Shown one piece after another: positions 30,644 through 40,551 of a DNA stretch of 64,000 nt. The DNA is taken from the NCBI GenBank assembly GCA_963974325.1, contig CAXBCW010000009.1, positions 18 to 64,017 of the forward strand. Reading direction: 5' to 3'. The notes under the pieces are model-generated. The model was not told where the DNA came from and did not search any database. It was given only the letters and a program-made list of their open reading frames with translations. Made by a program: the position numbers and the translations under genes. This DNA is from an uncultured Rhizobiaceae bacterium (GTDB lineage Bacteria; Pseudomonadota; Alphaproteobacteria; Rhizobiales; Rhizobiaceae). How positions within the stretch are numbered: position 1 is the stretch's first letter; each line of letters starts with the position of its first letter.

Positions 30644-31186
30644 ATGGCTGAACTTGATTCCCTAGCTGAACTTGGTGAAGCAACTGCAGAAGTACAACCT
30701 GCAATCGTTTACGTTCAAAAATTAGACGACCAAGGTCGTGCTTATGCAACTGGTAAACGTAAAGATGCTGTTGCTCGTGTTTGGATTAAGCCTGGTACTG
30801 GCAAAATCACAATCGTTGGCGCACCAAGCAAAAGTGCTACACGTAAAGCAAATTCCGACAGCAAAGCTGTTGTGAATTCAAGCACAGCTCGTGACTTTAG
30901 CGAATACTTCTCACGTCCAGTACTTCAAATGGTTGTTCTCCAGCCACTTATCGCAGCTGAACGTCGTACACAGTATGATATTGTTGTGACTTGCAACGGT
31001 GGTGGTCTTTCAGGCCAAGCTGGTGCGGTTCGTCACGGTATTTCAAAAGCTTTGACACATTACGAGCCTTCACTTCGTCCAGTCTTGAAAAAAGGCGGCT
31101 TCCTAACACGCGATTCACGTGTTGTAGAACGTAAGAAATACGGTAAAGCGAAAGCGCGTCGTAGCTTTCAGTTCTCAAAACGTTAA
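30644..31186 (+). CDS. rpsI: 30S ribosomal protein S9 (with internal insertion)
   Basis: [50 protein letters not shown]. Confidence 0.98.
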   Translation: MAELDSLAELGEATAEVQPAIVYVQKLDDQGRAYATGKRKDAVARVWIKPGTGKITIVGAPSKSATRKANSDSKAVVNSSTARDFSEYFSRPVLQMVVLQPLIAAERRTQYDIVVTCNGGGLSGQAGAVRHGISKALTHYEPSLRPVLKKGGFLTRDSRVVERKKYGKAKARRSFQFSKR

Positions 31187-31221
31187 GTTTTGGCTCTTCG
31201 GAGCATCTACATATACTTATC

Positions 31222-31250
31222 AAGGCCGGACATTGTTCCGGCCTTTTTTT
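31222..31250 (+). terminator. rplM-rpsI terminator
   Basis: AAGGCCGGAC-ATTGT-TCCGGCCTT-TTTTT. Confidence 0.8.
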
Positions 31251-31389
31251 GTTTTGCGCTCCATCTATCGGCCACGCATTTTACTTCTGCATCAAAAAAA
31301 AGCAGTTTACTAAAATGCAACTGAATATAGAGTCATTTTTTAAGATGTACCTGATATCACACATTTAACGATAAAAACTATCCAAAGAT

Positions 31390-32088
31390 GTGGGACTTGG
31401 TATGCGTGAGAAAATAAAGAATATGATCTTCAATTATGAAGGTCAAAAAGGTATGGCCTATAATTTTCGTGAAAAACGTTCTGCTTTTTTCAAAGACTTT
31501 GTTGAGACCAACTTTGCAGGGCAAGCAGGCATCACGATTGTAGATTTTGGTGGCACTGAAGGTTTTTGGAAAGCTGTTGGTCTGGATTATCTTCGCAAGA
31601 AGAACATGAAGATCACGCTGGTCAACTTGTCTGAATATGAGATTGAGAACAAAGACATCTTTGTCTCCATTGCAGGGGACGCGCGTTATTATTCTGCTGA
31701 AACCAAATTTGATATCTGTTTTTCAAACTCATGTATCGAACATGTGGGCCAAATGCAGGACATTATCAGCTTTCGTGATGCGGTGCAGAATGTGGCAAAA
31801 ACTTACTTCATTCAAACACCTTCATACCACTTCCCTATCGAGCCACATTTTGTGTCTGTCGGCTGGCATTGGCTCCCAAAAACATTGCGTGTGTTTTTAA
31901 TCAAACGCATGTCGATCGGCCATTTTAATCAAGGTAAAGATATTTTGGAAAGCTATGTGATTATCGAGAGCTGCTATTTGCTATCACGTAAAATTTTCAA
32001 AGCATTGTTTTATGACGCACATATTGAAAATGAGAAGCTATTATTCTTGACCAAATCATTCATCGCGATCCGCAACCTACCCAAATAA
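31390..32088 (+). CDS. Class I SAM-dependent methyltransferase domain protein
   Basis: IVDFGGT, GDA, FDICFSNSCIEHVG, FIQTPSYHFPIEPH. Confidence 0.85.
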   Translation: MGLGMREKIKNMIFNYEGQKGMAYNFREKRSAFFKDFVETNFAGQAGITIVDFGGTEGFWKAVGLDYLRKKNMKITLVNLSEYEIENKDIFVSIAGDARYYSAETKFDICFSNSCIEHVGQMQDIISFRDAVQNVAKTYFIQTPSYHFPIEPHFVSVGWHWLPKTLRVFLIKRMSIGHFNQGKDILESYVIIESCYLLSRKIFKALFYDAHIENEKLLFLTKSFIAIRNLPK

Positions 32089-32116
32089 CCAAAATCACAT
32101 TTGGTTGATATTCAAG

Positions 32117-32143
32117 AAGGTCAGACATTGTCTGGCCTTTTTT
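32117..32143 (+). terminator. Terminator after the methyltransferase, a near-copy of the rpsI terminator
   Basis: AAGGTCAGAC-ATT-GTCTGGCCTT-TTTT. Confidence 0.7.
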
Positions 32144-32334
32144 GTTGTTTGACATTTGGCGCTTGTAACATTTTGTACATCAGCACTAGATTCATTTGCT
32201 TTTTGAGAGTGCGAGCTTCATGACTGTAAGATGAGCGGACATATTTGTACTTTCACATGTTTGCACATGGGCGAGACTCGTATTAACACTCAATCAGTCT
32301 CAAATTTTATGTTCATCAACTCAGCGTCATCATC

Positions 32335-33225
32335 ATGAAAAATCTTTCGCCGACCCTTAGAGCTGCCATCTGGATTTTAGGCTCCATCTCAGCATTTACG
32401 CTTATGGCCGTATCCGGGCGTGAAATTGTCAGTGATCTAGATACGTTTGAGATCATGCTATACCGCTCGATTATTGGTGTTGTGATTGTCTTAGTCGCGT
32501 CCAGACTGTTTGGCACTTTGGGGCAGATCAACACGCAACAAATGGGGCTGCACCTTGTTCGTAATCTTACTCATTTTATCGGGCAAAACCTTTGGTTTTA
32601 CGCGCTTGCCGTGATCCCATTATCGCAGCTTTTTGCGTTTGAATTTTCAACACCGATTTGGGTCGCATTGCTTGCGCCGTTTTTCTTGCAAGAAAAGCTG
32701 ACCCGCGTTCGAGCCTTTTGTGCCGTGCTTGGTTTTATCGGTATTTTGTTTGTGGCCCGACCTGATACAGCCAATGTGTCACCGCATGTGATTGCCGCTA
32801 TTTTATGCGCCGTTGGCTTTGCGGGCGCATCGATTACCACCAAGCTTTTAACCCGAACCCAGCCTATCACTTGCATTTTGTTTTGGTTGACAGCAATGCA
32901 AGCGGTGTTTGGTTTGATTTGCGCTGGTTATGATGGCGATATTCATGTGCCTGAAGGTTGGAATATTGTCTGGCTTTTCGTCATTGGCATTTGCGGCTTG
33001 GGAGCCCATTTTTGTATCACGCGGGCGCTCGAACTTGCGCCAGCTATTGTTGTGACACCGTTTGATTTCTTGCGATTGCCGCTTATTTCTGTCGTGGCTT
33101 TCTTGTTATATGATGAGATTTTGGAATGGCCTGTTGTGGTGGGTGCCATTATTGTGTTTGTTGCAAACCTCATCAATATTCGCACTGAAATGAAACTGCG
33201 AAAAGCTGCCAAATTGGCAATATAA
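32335..33225 (+). CDS. DMT/EamA family transporter
   Basis: FEIMLYRS, EFSTPIWV.LLAP.FL.EK, PFDFLRLP. Confidence 0.9.
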   Translation: MKNLSPTLRAAIWILGSISAFTLMAVSGREIVSDLDTFEIMLYRSIIGVVIVLVASRLFGTLGQINTQQMGLHLVRNLTHFIGQNLWFYALAVIPLSQLFAFEFSTPIWVALLAPFFLQEKLTRVRAFCAVLGFIGILFVARPDTANVSPHVIAAILCAVGFAGASITTKLLTRTQPITCILFWLTAMQAVFGLICAGYDGDIHVPEGWNIVWLFVIGICGLGAHFCITRALELAPAIVVTPFDFLRLPLISVVAFLLYDEILEWPVVVGAIIVFVANLINIRTEMKLRKAAKLAI

Positions 33226-33354
33226 ATTTAGGCATAAAACTAACTATTTGCTCCTGTTCTGGAACGGTGTATATGTCTCTCTTGCATTCGAACTTGTAGA
33301 CTTTGTACCAATCTTGGCATTTCTCTTACTTTCAATATATTTTGTGGATTTATT

Positions 33355-34287
33355 ATGACGGCAAAAATCTTTATCGACGGCGAACATGGCACTACGGGGC
33401 TGCAGATTATTTCACGCCTTTCCGCGCGTGATGATATCAACCTTCTATCAATTTCGCACGAAGACCGCCGCAATCCAGATATCCGCGAAGCAAAATTGCG
33501 CGAAGCTGATATTGCCATCTTGTGTTTGCCAGATAGTGCAGCGCGTGAAGCTGTTGCTCTTGCAGCAGATGCTGGAACGCGCTTTATTGACGCTTCAACG
33601 GCCCACAGAACGCACCCTGATTGGGTGTTTGGTTTTGGCGAGCTTAATGCTGATCAAAAACAAGCGATTTCATCCGCGCAGTTTGTGTCCAATCCTGGAT
33701 GCTATTCCACTGGCGCCATTGCACTCACTGCGCCACTTGTGCAAGCTGGTCTAATGCCTGCGGACTATCCTTTGACGATCAATGCGATCTCTGGATATTC
33801 AGGCGGCGGCAAGCAGATGATTGCGCAAATGGAAAATGCGGATGCAGATGATGCAATATTATCGGCGCATTTTTCTTATGCTTTGACACTCGCTCATAAG
33901 CACGTACCAGAAATTGTAACGCGCTCTGGTCTGACCCGTAAGCCTGTGTTTACGCCAAGTGTTGGACGCTTTGCGCAAGGTATGCTTGTTCATGTGCCGC
34001 TGCATCTTGATCTTCTTAAAGAGCAAACGGACCTGCGCATGGTCTATCGCGCACTGCGTGATCATTACCAAGACCAAGAGTTTGTGCAGGTTGTGCCATT
34101 GACCGATAGTGCAGAACTTACGCGCCTTGACCCAGAGCAACTTGCAGGCACCGATGTGATGCGTTTGTATGTATTTGGCATTGAAGGTGATGGACGGGTG
34201 AACTTGACAGCACAGCTTGATAATTTGGGCAAAGGCGCATCAGGCGCAGCTGTTCAAAACTTGGACCTCATGCTCCAAGGCATGTGA
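33355..34287 (+). CDS. argC: N-acetyl-gamma-glutamyl-phosphate reductase (type 2)
   Basis: IDGEHGTTGL, DASTAHRT, NPGCYSTG, SGYSGGGK, DNLGKGASGAAVQN. Confidence 0.97.
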   Translation: MTAKIFIDGEHGTTGLQIISRLSARDDINLLSISHEDRRNPDIREAKLREADIAILCLPDSAAREAVALAADAGTRFIDASTAHRTHPDWVFGFGELNADQKQAISSAQFVSNPGCYSTGAIALTAPLVQAGLMPADYPLTINAISGYSGGGKQMIAQMENADADDAILSAHFSYALTLAHKHVPEIVTRSGLTRKPVFTPSVGRFAQGMLVHVPLHLDLLKEQTDLRMVYRALRDHYQDQEFVQVVPLTDSAELTRLDPEQLAGTDVMRLYVFGIEGDGRVNLTAQLDNLGKGASGAAVQNLDLMLQGM

Positions 34288-34319
34288 TTTAAATAGAGCG
34301 AATACAATCTAATGAAATA

Positions 34320-34350
34320 AAAACGGGGCTCTTAACAAGCCCCGTTTTTT
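34320..34350. terminator. Bidirectional terminator between argC and ctaA
   Basis: AAAACGGGGCT-CTTAACA-AGCCCCGTTTT. Confidence 0.75.
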
Positions 34351-34374
34351 TATGGTCATTTCTGTCAAAGCTAT

Positions 34375-35529
34375 CTAAGCCCCACGCTTGACAACAATTG
34401 GTAACTCGTAAGCGCCAACAAATCCGCGCCAATGGGCCACAGCAAAACCAAGCACGATGAGCGCTGAACCTTGATGGATCAGGGCCCAATTAAATGGCAC
34501 TTGCAACACCAGTGTGATGATCCCAAACATGGCTTGTAGCGTGATCCACCCGAACAGAACGACAGAACGTCTTGCATGGGTCGTGCCTGCACCACCTTTA
34601 AGGCAGGCAACCATGTGATAAAGCGCAGCAAACCACAGCAGATAAGCGCTCATACGGTGAATGAATTGGGTTGTTTTAGGGCTTTCAAAAAAGTTCTTCC
34701 ACATAGGCTCCATAACCCACAAATCTTGCGGAATAAATGCGTCATCCATTTGAGGCCAAGTATTATAGGCCAAACCAGCATCAAGGCCCGCGACCAATCC
34801 ACCTATGAAAATCTGGAATAACACGCCGAATGTTAAAACCACACTCCAAAAATGAGCTGAGCTTGTGGGGCTTCTATCTTTTGAATGGGGTGCAAGTCCG
34901 CGCATCACCCACACAATTGACGCAAAGATAATACAGGCAAGCGTGAGGTGGATGGCCAAGCGATATTGACTAACATCCACGCGATCGACTAAGCCCGATG
35001 ATACCATCCACCAGCCGATAAATCCTTGTAAGCCACCCAAGAAAAGCAATCCGACCAGCGGCAAGCGAACAGGCTTTTCAACCCGTCCTGCAATCCAAAA
35101 AATGAGAAGCGGCACGCCAAATAGAACCCCAACACCGCGCGCTAAGAACCTGTGTGCCCATTCCCACCAATAGATATATTTAAACTCGTCCAGCGACATG
35201 CCTTTGTTGATTTGTTGGTATTCAGGAATTTGGCGATAAAGATCAAACTCTTCATTCCATTCTTCCAAACTAAGCGGCGGCACCACACCATGGATTGGTT
35301 TCCATTGGGTAATGGATAGGCCAGAATCTGTTAAGCGCGTAGCACCACCGACAATCACCAATGCAAATATTGCCAATAGAACAATGCCCAGCCAGAGGCG
35401 CATGAGCTTGCGGTTGGATTTTGTTTTCTTTTGCAAGGCAACCAAATCCTCATATTCCACATGATCATCTGCTATTGGCATATCATTTGGGTCTATTGTT
35501 TGATTTGGCGAACTGGACGTGTCGGACAT
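34375..35529 (-). CDS. ctaA: Heme A synthase (COX15/CtaA, type 2)
   Basis: GGATRLTDSGLSITQW, EWAHR, GWWMVSSGL, QFIHR, HQG. Confidence 0.95.
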   Translation of the reverse strand: MSDTSSSPNQTIDPNDMPIADDHVEYEDLVALQKKTKSNRKLMRLWLGIVLLAIFALVIVGGATRLTDSGLSITQWKPIHGVVPPLSLEEWNEEFDLYRQIPEYQQINKGMSLDEFKYIYWWEWAHRFLARGVGVLFGVPLLIFWIAGRVEKPVRLPLVGLLFLGGLQGFIGWWMVSSGLVDRVDVSQYRLAIHLTLACIIFASIVWVMRGLAPHSKDRSPTSSAHFWSVVLTFGVLFQIFIGGLVAGLDAGLAYNTWPQMDDAFIPQDLWVMEPMWKNFFESPKTTQFIHRMSAYLLWFAALYHMVACLKGGAGTTHARRSVVLFGWITLQAMFGIITLVLQVPFNWALIHQGSALIVLGFAVAHWRGFVGAYELPIVVKRGA

Positions 35530-35768
35530 TTCCGTAACCTTTTAAAAATCTCATCATCAACTTGTCTGGCGCGTTTAAGATCCTGACAAGTGCTTTAAAC
35601 TTGTTTTGCATTTGTCTTTACGAAAGGCAAGACAGATTGGAGCTGTTCGCCCTTGCGGCACGCGGTCACAGGGGGAGATGGCAAACACCCCGCCCCTTTT
35701 CACCAGCAGTGAAACGCGCTAATAGATCTGCGACTGCTTTAAAAGCATATTGACCCCAAAGGATACAC

Positions 35769-36005
35769 ATGATGTCGGTTCGAACCAAAAAATTTATTGG
35801 CGTATTTTTGATGATCATTCTTGTGGTGACCTATGCCATGATTGCTGTGACCGTTGCGACTTATCGTTTGGCCGAGTCTGCATGGTACATCCATATGCTG
35901 TATTTCCTAGTGACCGGCCTATTGTGGGTTTTGCCTGCTATGTGGTTGATCAAATGGATGGAAACACCATCTAAAAAAGCTGCCAAATCATCAGTCAAAC
36001 CATAA
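35769..36005 (+). CDS. DUF2842-like small membrane protein
   Basis: Two TM segments, R.KK.IG..L.., GLLWVLPAMWLIKWM. Confidence 0.8.
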   Translation: MMSVRTKKFIGVFLMIILVVTYAMIAVTVATYRLAESAWYIHMLYFLVTGLLWVLPAMWLIKWMETPSKKAAKSSVKP

Positions 36006-36189
36006 GTTTTGATCCAATTGTTTCAGCTTTCTTAATTTTGATTGTTCAAATTTTATAATTCGGCTTTAGTTTTTGTTTTCCTTGATTTCAAACTTAGAGC
36101 CGAAATAATTCCAAAAATACCATTTGTTGACACTTTTTGCCCATTCTAGCTGCAGTTATTCAGTTTAACTGGGTTCAAAGAGTAGTAAA

Positions 36190-37440
36190 TTGCGTATGAA
36201 TACGATCCAGAGTAATTTTGAGGGTACATTGTCACCATACCATCCGAGCAATATTGTGAGGTTGAGAAACCTACGCGCCCATATGGCGACAGATAATGGC
36301 AATGACACAAAGCGCTATAGCATTGTCGATAATATTTACGATTTGGAAGATGATTGGCGCCGTATCGAGCAAGATATCCACGTCTCTATTCATCAAAGCT
36401 ATGCTTGGTCTCGCGCTTGGATCAACCACAAAAAGATCAAACCAATTTTCATCGTTGGGCGTTTGGATGGCCGTGTTGAGTTTATCCTACCGCTTGAGGT
36501 TTCAACCCATTTTGGTATTCGAACAGCAAAGCTGATTGCATCAGACCATAGCAATTTGAATTTCGTACACTGTTCAAACTCATTTTTGGCAAGTTGTGGG
36601 TCTGATTTTACCGATCATATCATGGCCGATTTGAAAGAACTCAAACTGCCAGTCGACGTTATTTTGTTAGACCGGATGCGGATGCAGTTTAAAAGCGCGA
36701 ATAATCCATTTGCAAAAGTGATCCTGACGCGCAATCAAAACGCATCTTTCCAATTGCCATTAGAACCAAATTTTGACGACACATTGGGCCAAATTAATAG
36801 AAAGCGGAAACGCAAAAAATTCCGAGGTGCAGATCGTATACTGACAGAGGCTGGCGGTTACACATACCATGTTGCTAAAAGCACAGCAGAACGCGAAAAA
36901 GTGCTCTCTGCATTCTTTGAGCAAAAAGCAAAACGCTTAAAAAGCCAAGGCTTGCCAAATGTCTTTGCTGATGACCAACTCAAGGCCTTCTTTGGTGAAT
37001 TGGTCGATATTTCAGATCATGAAATTGGCGGTATTGAACTGCATACCATCACTATGAATGGCGACACTTATGGCGGTCAAATATTGGCAATCGCAGCAAC
37101 AACGGCAAAACGGGATCATGCCATTTGTCAGTTTAGCTCGTTTAACGAAGACCTTGCTGCTGAGCTTGAATGTAGTCCGGGTGAGTTTTTGTTTTTTCTC
37201 ACAATTAAAGACATGAATGAACGCGGTTATCGGGTGTTTGATTTTGGTATTGGCGATCAGTCCTACAAGCGATCTTGGTGTACTGAAAGGACAGAGCATT
37301 TTGATGGCGCGATGCCGCTGAATGGTTTTGGCAGGCTATATGCCTTTGCTATGAGACAAAAAACAGGTTTGAAGCGCTTTATCAAATCATCTACAACACT
37401 GCACAAAATCGTTGCGAAACTCCGCTCCGTCACTGCATAA
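36190..37440 (+). CDS. CelD/BcsL-like GNAT acetyltransferase (upp-locus associated)
   Basis: QSYAWSRAW, SPGEFL, FDFGIGDQSYKRSW. Start uncertain (TTG 36190 or later). Confidence 0.85.
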   Translation: MRMNTIQSNFEGTLSPYHPSNIVRLRNLRAHMATDNGNDTKRYSIVDNIYDLEDDWRRIEQDIHVSIHQSYAWSRAWINHKKIKPIFIVGRLDGRVEFILPLEVSTHFGIRTAKLIASDHSNLNFVHCSNSFLASCGSDFTDHIMADLKELKLPVDVILLDRMRMQFKSANNPFAKVILTRNQNASFQLPLEPNFDDTLGQINRKRKRKKFRGADRILTEAGGYTYHVAKSTAEREKVLSAFFEQKAKRLKSQGLPNVFADDQLKAFFGELVDISDHEIGGIELHTITMNGDTYGGQILAIAATTAKRDHAICQFSSFNEDLAAELECSPGEFLFFLTIKDMNERGYRVFDFGIGDQSYKRSWCTERTEHFDGAMPLNGFGRLYAFAMRQKTGLKRFIKSSTTLHKIVAKLRSVTA

Positions 37441-37447
37441 TATCCCA

Positions 37448-37487
37448 TAAAAAAAGGCCTCGCACAGATTGTGGAGGCCTTTTTTTT
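37448..37487. terminator. Bidirectional terminator between the GNAT and Wzc genes
   Basis: A-run, GGCCTC..GAGGCC stem, T-run. Confidence 0.8.
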
Positions 37488-37508
37488 CAATATTTTTTTC
37501 GGCTGTTT

Positions 37509-39749
37509 TTAAGCAACTGAACTTTGCAAATTATCGTCACCTGTTGTGTGTGAGCCGATATTGAGATCCATTGTGATCACATCTTGGAAACCGTGAGCTG
37601 CGAATTCATTTTGTAATTCTACGATCTCAGAATGCATCAGATTTTTGACCGATATCACAAATTCAGGGCTCATATTGCCCACAAGCTGCATAGCTGCATC
37701 AATTGTTGATGGGCCGCATTCCACAATCACCGTGTCATAACTATCGCATAATGCGCTCAAGATGATTGGAATTCGGTCTGCAGACTTCATGGCACGTTGA
37801 ATATTGCCATTACCGCGCGCCATAACATGCGCGTCTGATCTGCGATCTGGATGGATCGTATCTGATATGGACGCTTCTGAACATAATAGGTTGGTGATGC
37901 CCACAATGCGGCTTGTGCCAATTGTCACAGCGGATGGTCCGCCATTCAGCGTGAGATCAACCAACACCGTGCGCTTGTCGCCATCGGCCATATTGCGTGC
38001 GATCATAACAGATCCTGCAGCGGCACTATCGCCTTCTGGTGAGAGGCAGATCACAAGCTTGGTGGCTGCAATTTCAAACTCGTTGACAACTTCAAATAGG
38101 GAATGGCCAACGGGTTCATATTGCTCAACAGATGGAGGAATATCTTGCGAAATCAAATTGGCAGCTAATGGTGCATTTTCAGCTAAGTTAACAGCACCAG
38201 CTGTTGCTACATGTGCTTGATATGCTTGCCCGTTTGACGCGTTAGCATTGGCGTTTACATGACCTGTCGTATTGACATGCTCATCAGTATTTGGATTTGC
38301 TGCCATCGGTTCATTGCGTTGTCTTTGAGGGCTTTGCAATGCGCGGCCACTAAACAATTCTGCCAACATCACCCAAATAGCACCAAGCAAGAATGTTGCA
38401 AACATGGCAACAATAATGATTGGGAGTTTTTTTGGAAAATATGCTTCTGTTGGTGCAATCGCCCGTGAAATAATACGGGCATCTGGTGGTGCGGAACTTG
38501 CTTGGGAACGAGATGCAGATTCGCGAAAACGTGCAAGATAGGTTTCCAGCAATTGGCGTTGAGACGTGGCTTCACGTTGTAGCGCACGGAGTTGAACTTC
38601 TTCGCCACCCGCTTGGGCAGAACTTGCTTTAATCTGGTCAAGGTTTGCCAAAAGCTGTCTTTCGCGCAATTGCGCAACTGATGCTTCATTCTCTAGGCTT
38701 GCTAAAATCTTACGTGCTTCGCTGCGCAATTGACGATTAATCGAAATGAGCTGCGCGCGCAAAGCCTGCATACGTGGATGGCCTTCAAGCAATGTGGTTG
38801 ATAGATCAGCGATCTGACCTCTGACATCAGCTTCATTCTCACGCAAGCGCTGCACTGTTGTTGAATCCAACACATTGGCAATAGATTCAATATCTTGTCC
38901 GGCTTCTAACACACGACGAACCGTTGACGAGCGTGCATCAGCATCTACCCGTTCTGACCGAACACGGGTAAGTTCTGCAGAGATCGCAGAGAGTTGCTGG
39001 CCATTTAACGTGTCTGTTTCACCCACTAGCAACAGGCCTTTATCGGCGCGAAATTCTGCCACTTTGGCTTCTGCTTCTTGTACACCTGTCCGCAAGCGCG
39101 CAATTTCTGGCGCCAACCATGCGCTGGCCACAGTATTATCTTTCAGCTTTTCACCGGACTGTACTTTTAAAAATGCATCGGCCATCGCATTGGGGACATC
39201 CGCGGCCAAATTTGGATTTTCTGATGAAAACTCAATAACGATCACACGGGATGCAGCAACTTGATAAACGTCTAAACGTTTGTAAAACTCTTTAAGTACC
39301 CGCTCTTCTGCAGGAATATCAAATGGGTTGGCGATCAAGCCAAAGCCGATTAGAATGCTTTTAATGCCCGAAGGTTTTTTCGGAGCGTTGAATTCTTCAT
39401 AGGAAGCCAAATCAAGATCGATGGCGACTTGTTTAACAAGGTCGTTGGATTTTAAAATCTCAACCTGACTGTTTACGCCTCGTTCATCAAACACATTGGA
39501 TTGGTCTGGACCACCCAATTGTTGTTGATCGGAAAATGTCAGTTCGCGGTTATCAATTAAAATACGCGTTTCAGAACGGTATTTTTCATCCAAAATGGAC
39601 ACAACAACAAATGCCAGCAATGCAGCGATCACCACAGCTATGACTATTTTAATGAGGTTTTTAAACACCGCTGAGAACAATTGCCCCAGATCAATATCTA
39701 CATTTGTGCTATCTGCATGAATTTGCGACATACCGCTACTCCGATTCAT
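37509..39749 (-). CDS. GumC/Wzc-like polysaccharide co-polymerase with degenerate kinase domain
   Basis: DIDLGQL, TM, SQVEILKS, long coiled coil, ARIISRA..P..P..PKK, TM, CpsD-like tail. Start 39749 or 39731. Confidence 0.92.
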   Translation of the reverse strand: MNRSSGMSQIHADSTNVDIDLGQLFSAVFKNLIKIVIAVVIAALLAFVVVSILDEKYRSETRILIDNRELTFSDQQQLGGPDQSNVFDERGVNSQVEILKSNDLVKQVAIDLDLASYEEFNAPKKPSGIKSILIGFGLIANPFDIPAEERVLKEFYKRLDVYQVAASRVIVIEFSSENPNLAADVPNAMADAFLKVQSGEKLKDNTVASAWLAPEIARLRTGVQEAEAKVAEFRADKGLLLVGETDTLNGQQLSAISAELTRVRSERVDADARSSTVRRVLEAGQDIESIANVLDSTTVQRLRENEADVRGQIADLSTTLLEGHPRMQALRAQLISINRQLRSEARKILASLENEASVAQLRERQLLANLDQIKASSAQAGGEEVQLRALQREATSQRQLLETYLARFRESASRSQASSAPPDARIISRAIAPTEAYFPKKLPIIIVAMFATFLLGAIWVMLAELFSGRALQSPQRQRNEPMAANPNTDEHVNTTGHVNANANASNGQAYQAHVATAGAVNLAENAPLAANLISQDIPPSVEQYEPVGHSLFEVVNEFEIAATKLVICLSPEGDSAAAGSVMIARNMADGDKRTVLVDLTLNGGPSAVTIGTSRIVGITNLLCSEASISDTIHPDRRSDAHVMARGNGNIQRAMKSADRIPIILSALCDSYDTVIVECGPSTIDAAMQLVGNMSPEFVISVKNLMHSEIVELQNEFAAHGFQDVITMDLNIGSHTTGDDNLQSSVA

Positions 39750-39934
39750 TATTGCCCTTAATGTAAATGAACATGGTAACTCATCGGTTAACGCAGCATG
39801 TGTTTGTGAAATAAACAAAAAGACCAATAGAATTGGCCACTTGTGACCGTTTTATAGATTTCTTATGCAGATCTTTACCAAGCATTAACCTTAAATCGAC
39901 GATAAAAAGGACATAAATTAACTCGTGGAGCGTT

Positions 39935-40516
39935 TTGCCCGTGATCTTGGCTAAACTAAAATTATCGTTCGTCGCCACAGGCCTTGCCTTTGCAATGGCC
40001 CTATCAGGCTGTGCAACTTACAAACCTGCGCCACAGGCTTTTCACAAAGCAACCATCCAACCTTATCTGCTTGATTCAGGTGATCGCGTTCGCGTCACAG
40101 TATTTGAGCAAACAGATCTTACCGGAACATATGGTGTGGATCAGGCTGGCTATTTGTCCTTCCCTCTTGTGGGTGCCGTTGCCGCACGTGGGCGCACAGC
40201 GCAAGAACTTGAAGGTGTTATTGCAACAGCCTTAAAGCAGGGCTATTTGCGCGATCCTGATGTGTCTATCGAGATAGATCAATATCGTTCGTTCTTTGTG
40301 TTGGGCGAAGTTGGTCAACCAGGCCAATATGCTTATGTACCTGGAATGACAGTTCAGAACGCAATTGCGATCGCTGGCGGCTTTTCAACACGCGCCCAGC
40401 AAAAAACAACCGATATCACCCGTAAAATCAATGGCAAAATAATCACAGGCCGCGTCACAATTTCCAGCCCAATTTTGGCTGGTGATACCATCTATATTCG
40501 CGAACGCTTATTTTAA
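39935..40516 (+). CDS. Polysaccharide export lipoprotein (Wza/OPX family)
   Basis: Lipobox LSGC, YLLDSGDRVRVTVF, GEVGQPGQY..GMTV..AIA.AGGF. Confidence 0.93.
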   Translation: MPVILAKLKLSFVATGLAFAMALSGCATYKPAPQAFHKATIQPYLLDSGDRVRVTVFEQTDLTGTYGVDQAGYLSFPLVGAVAARGRTAQELEGVIATALKQGYLRDPDVSIEIDQYRSFFVLGEVGQPGQYAYVPGMTVQNAIAIAGGFSTRAQQKTTDITRKINGKIITGRVTISSPILAGDTIYIRERLF

Positions 40517-40551
40517 GCTGTGCAGCCCTTGGGATTTGTTAAATCAATCAT

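Noticed and set aside
35655-35700. GGTCAC..AGGG..GGCAAAC reminiscent of a c-di-GMP-I riboswitch
   Set aside because: Spacing is wrong and the second GAAA stem and the GACGCAAAGC segment are absent.
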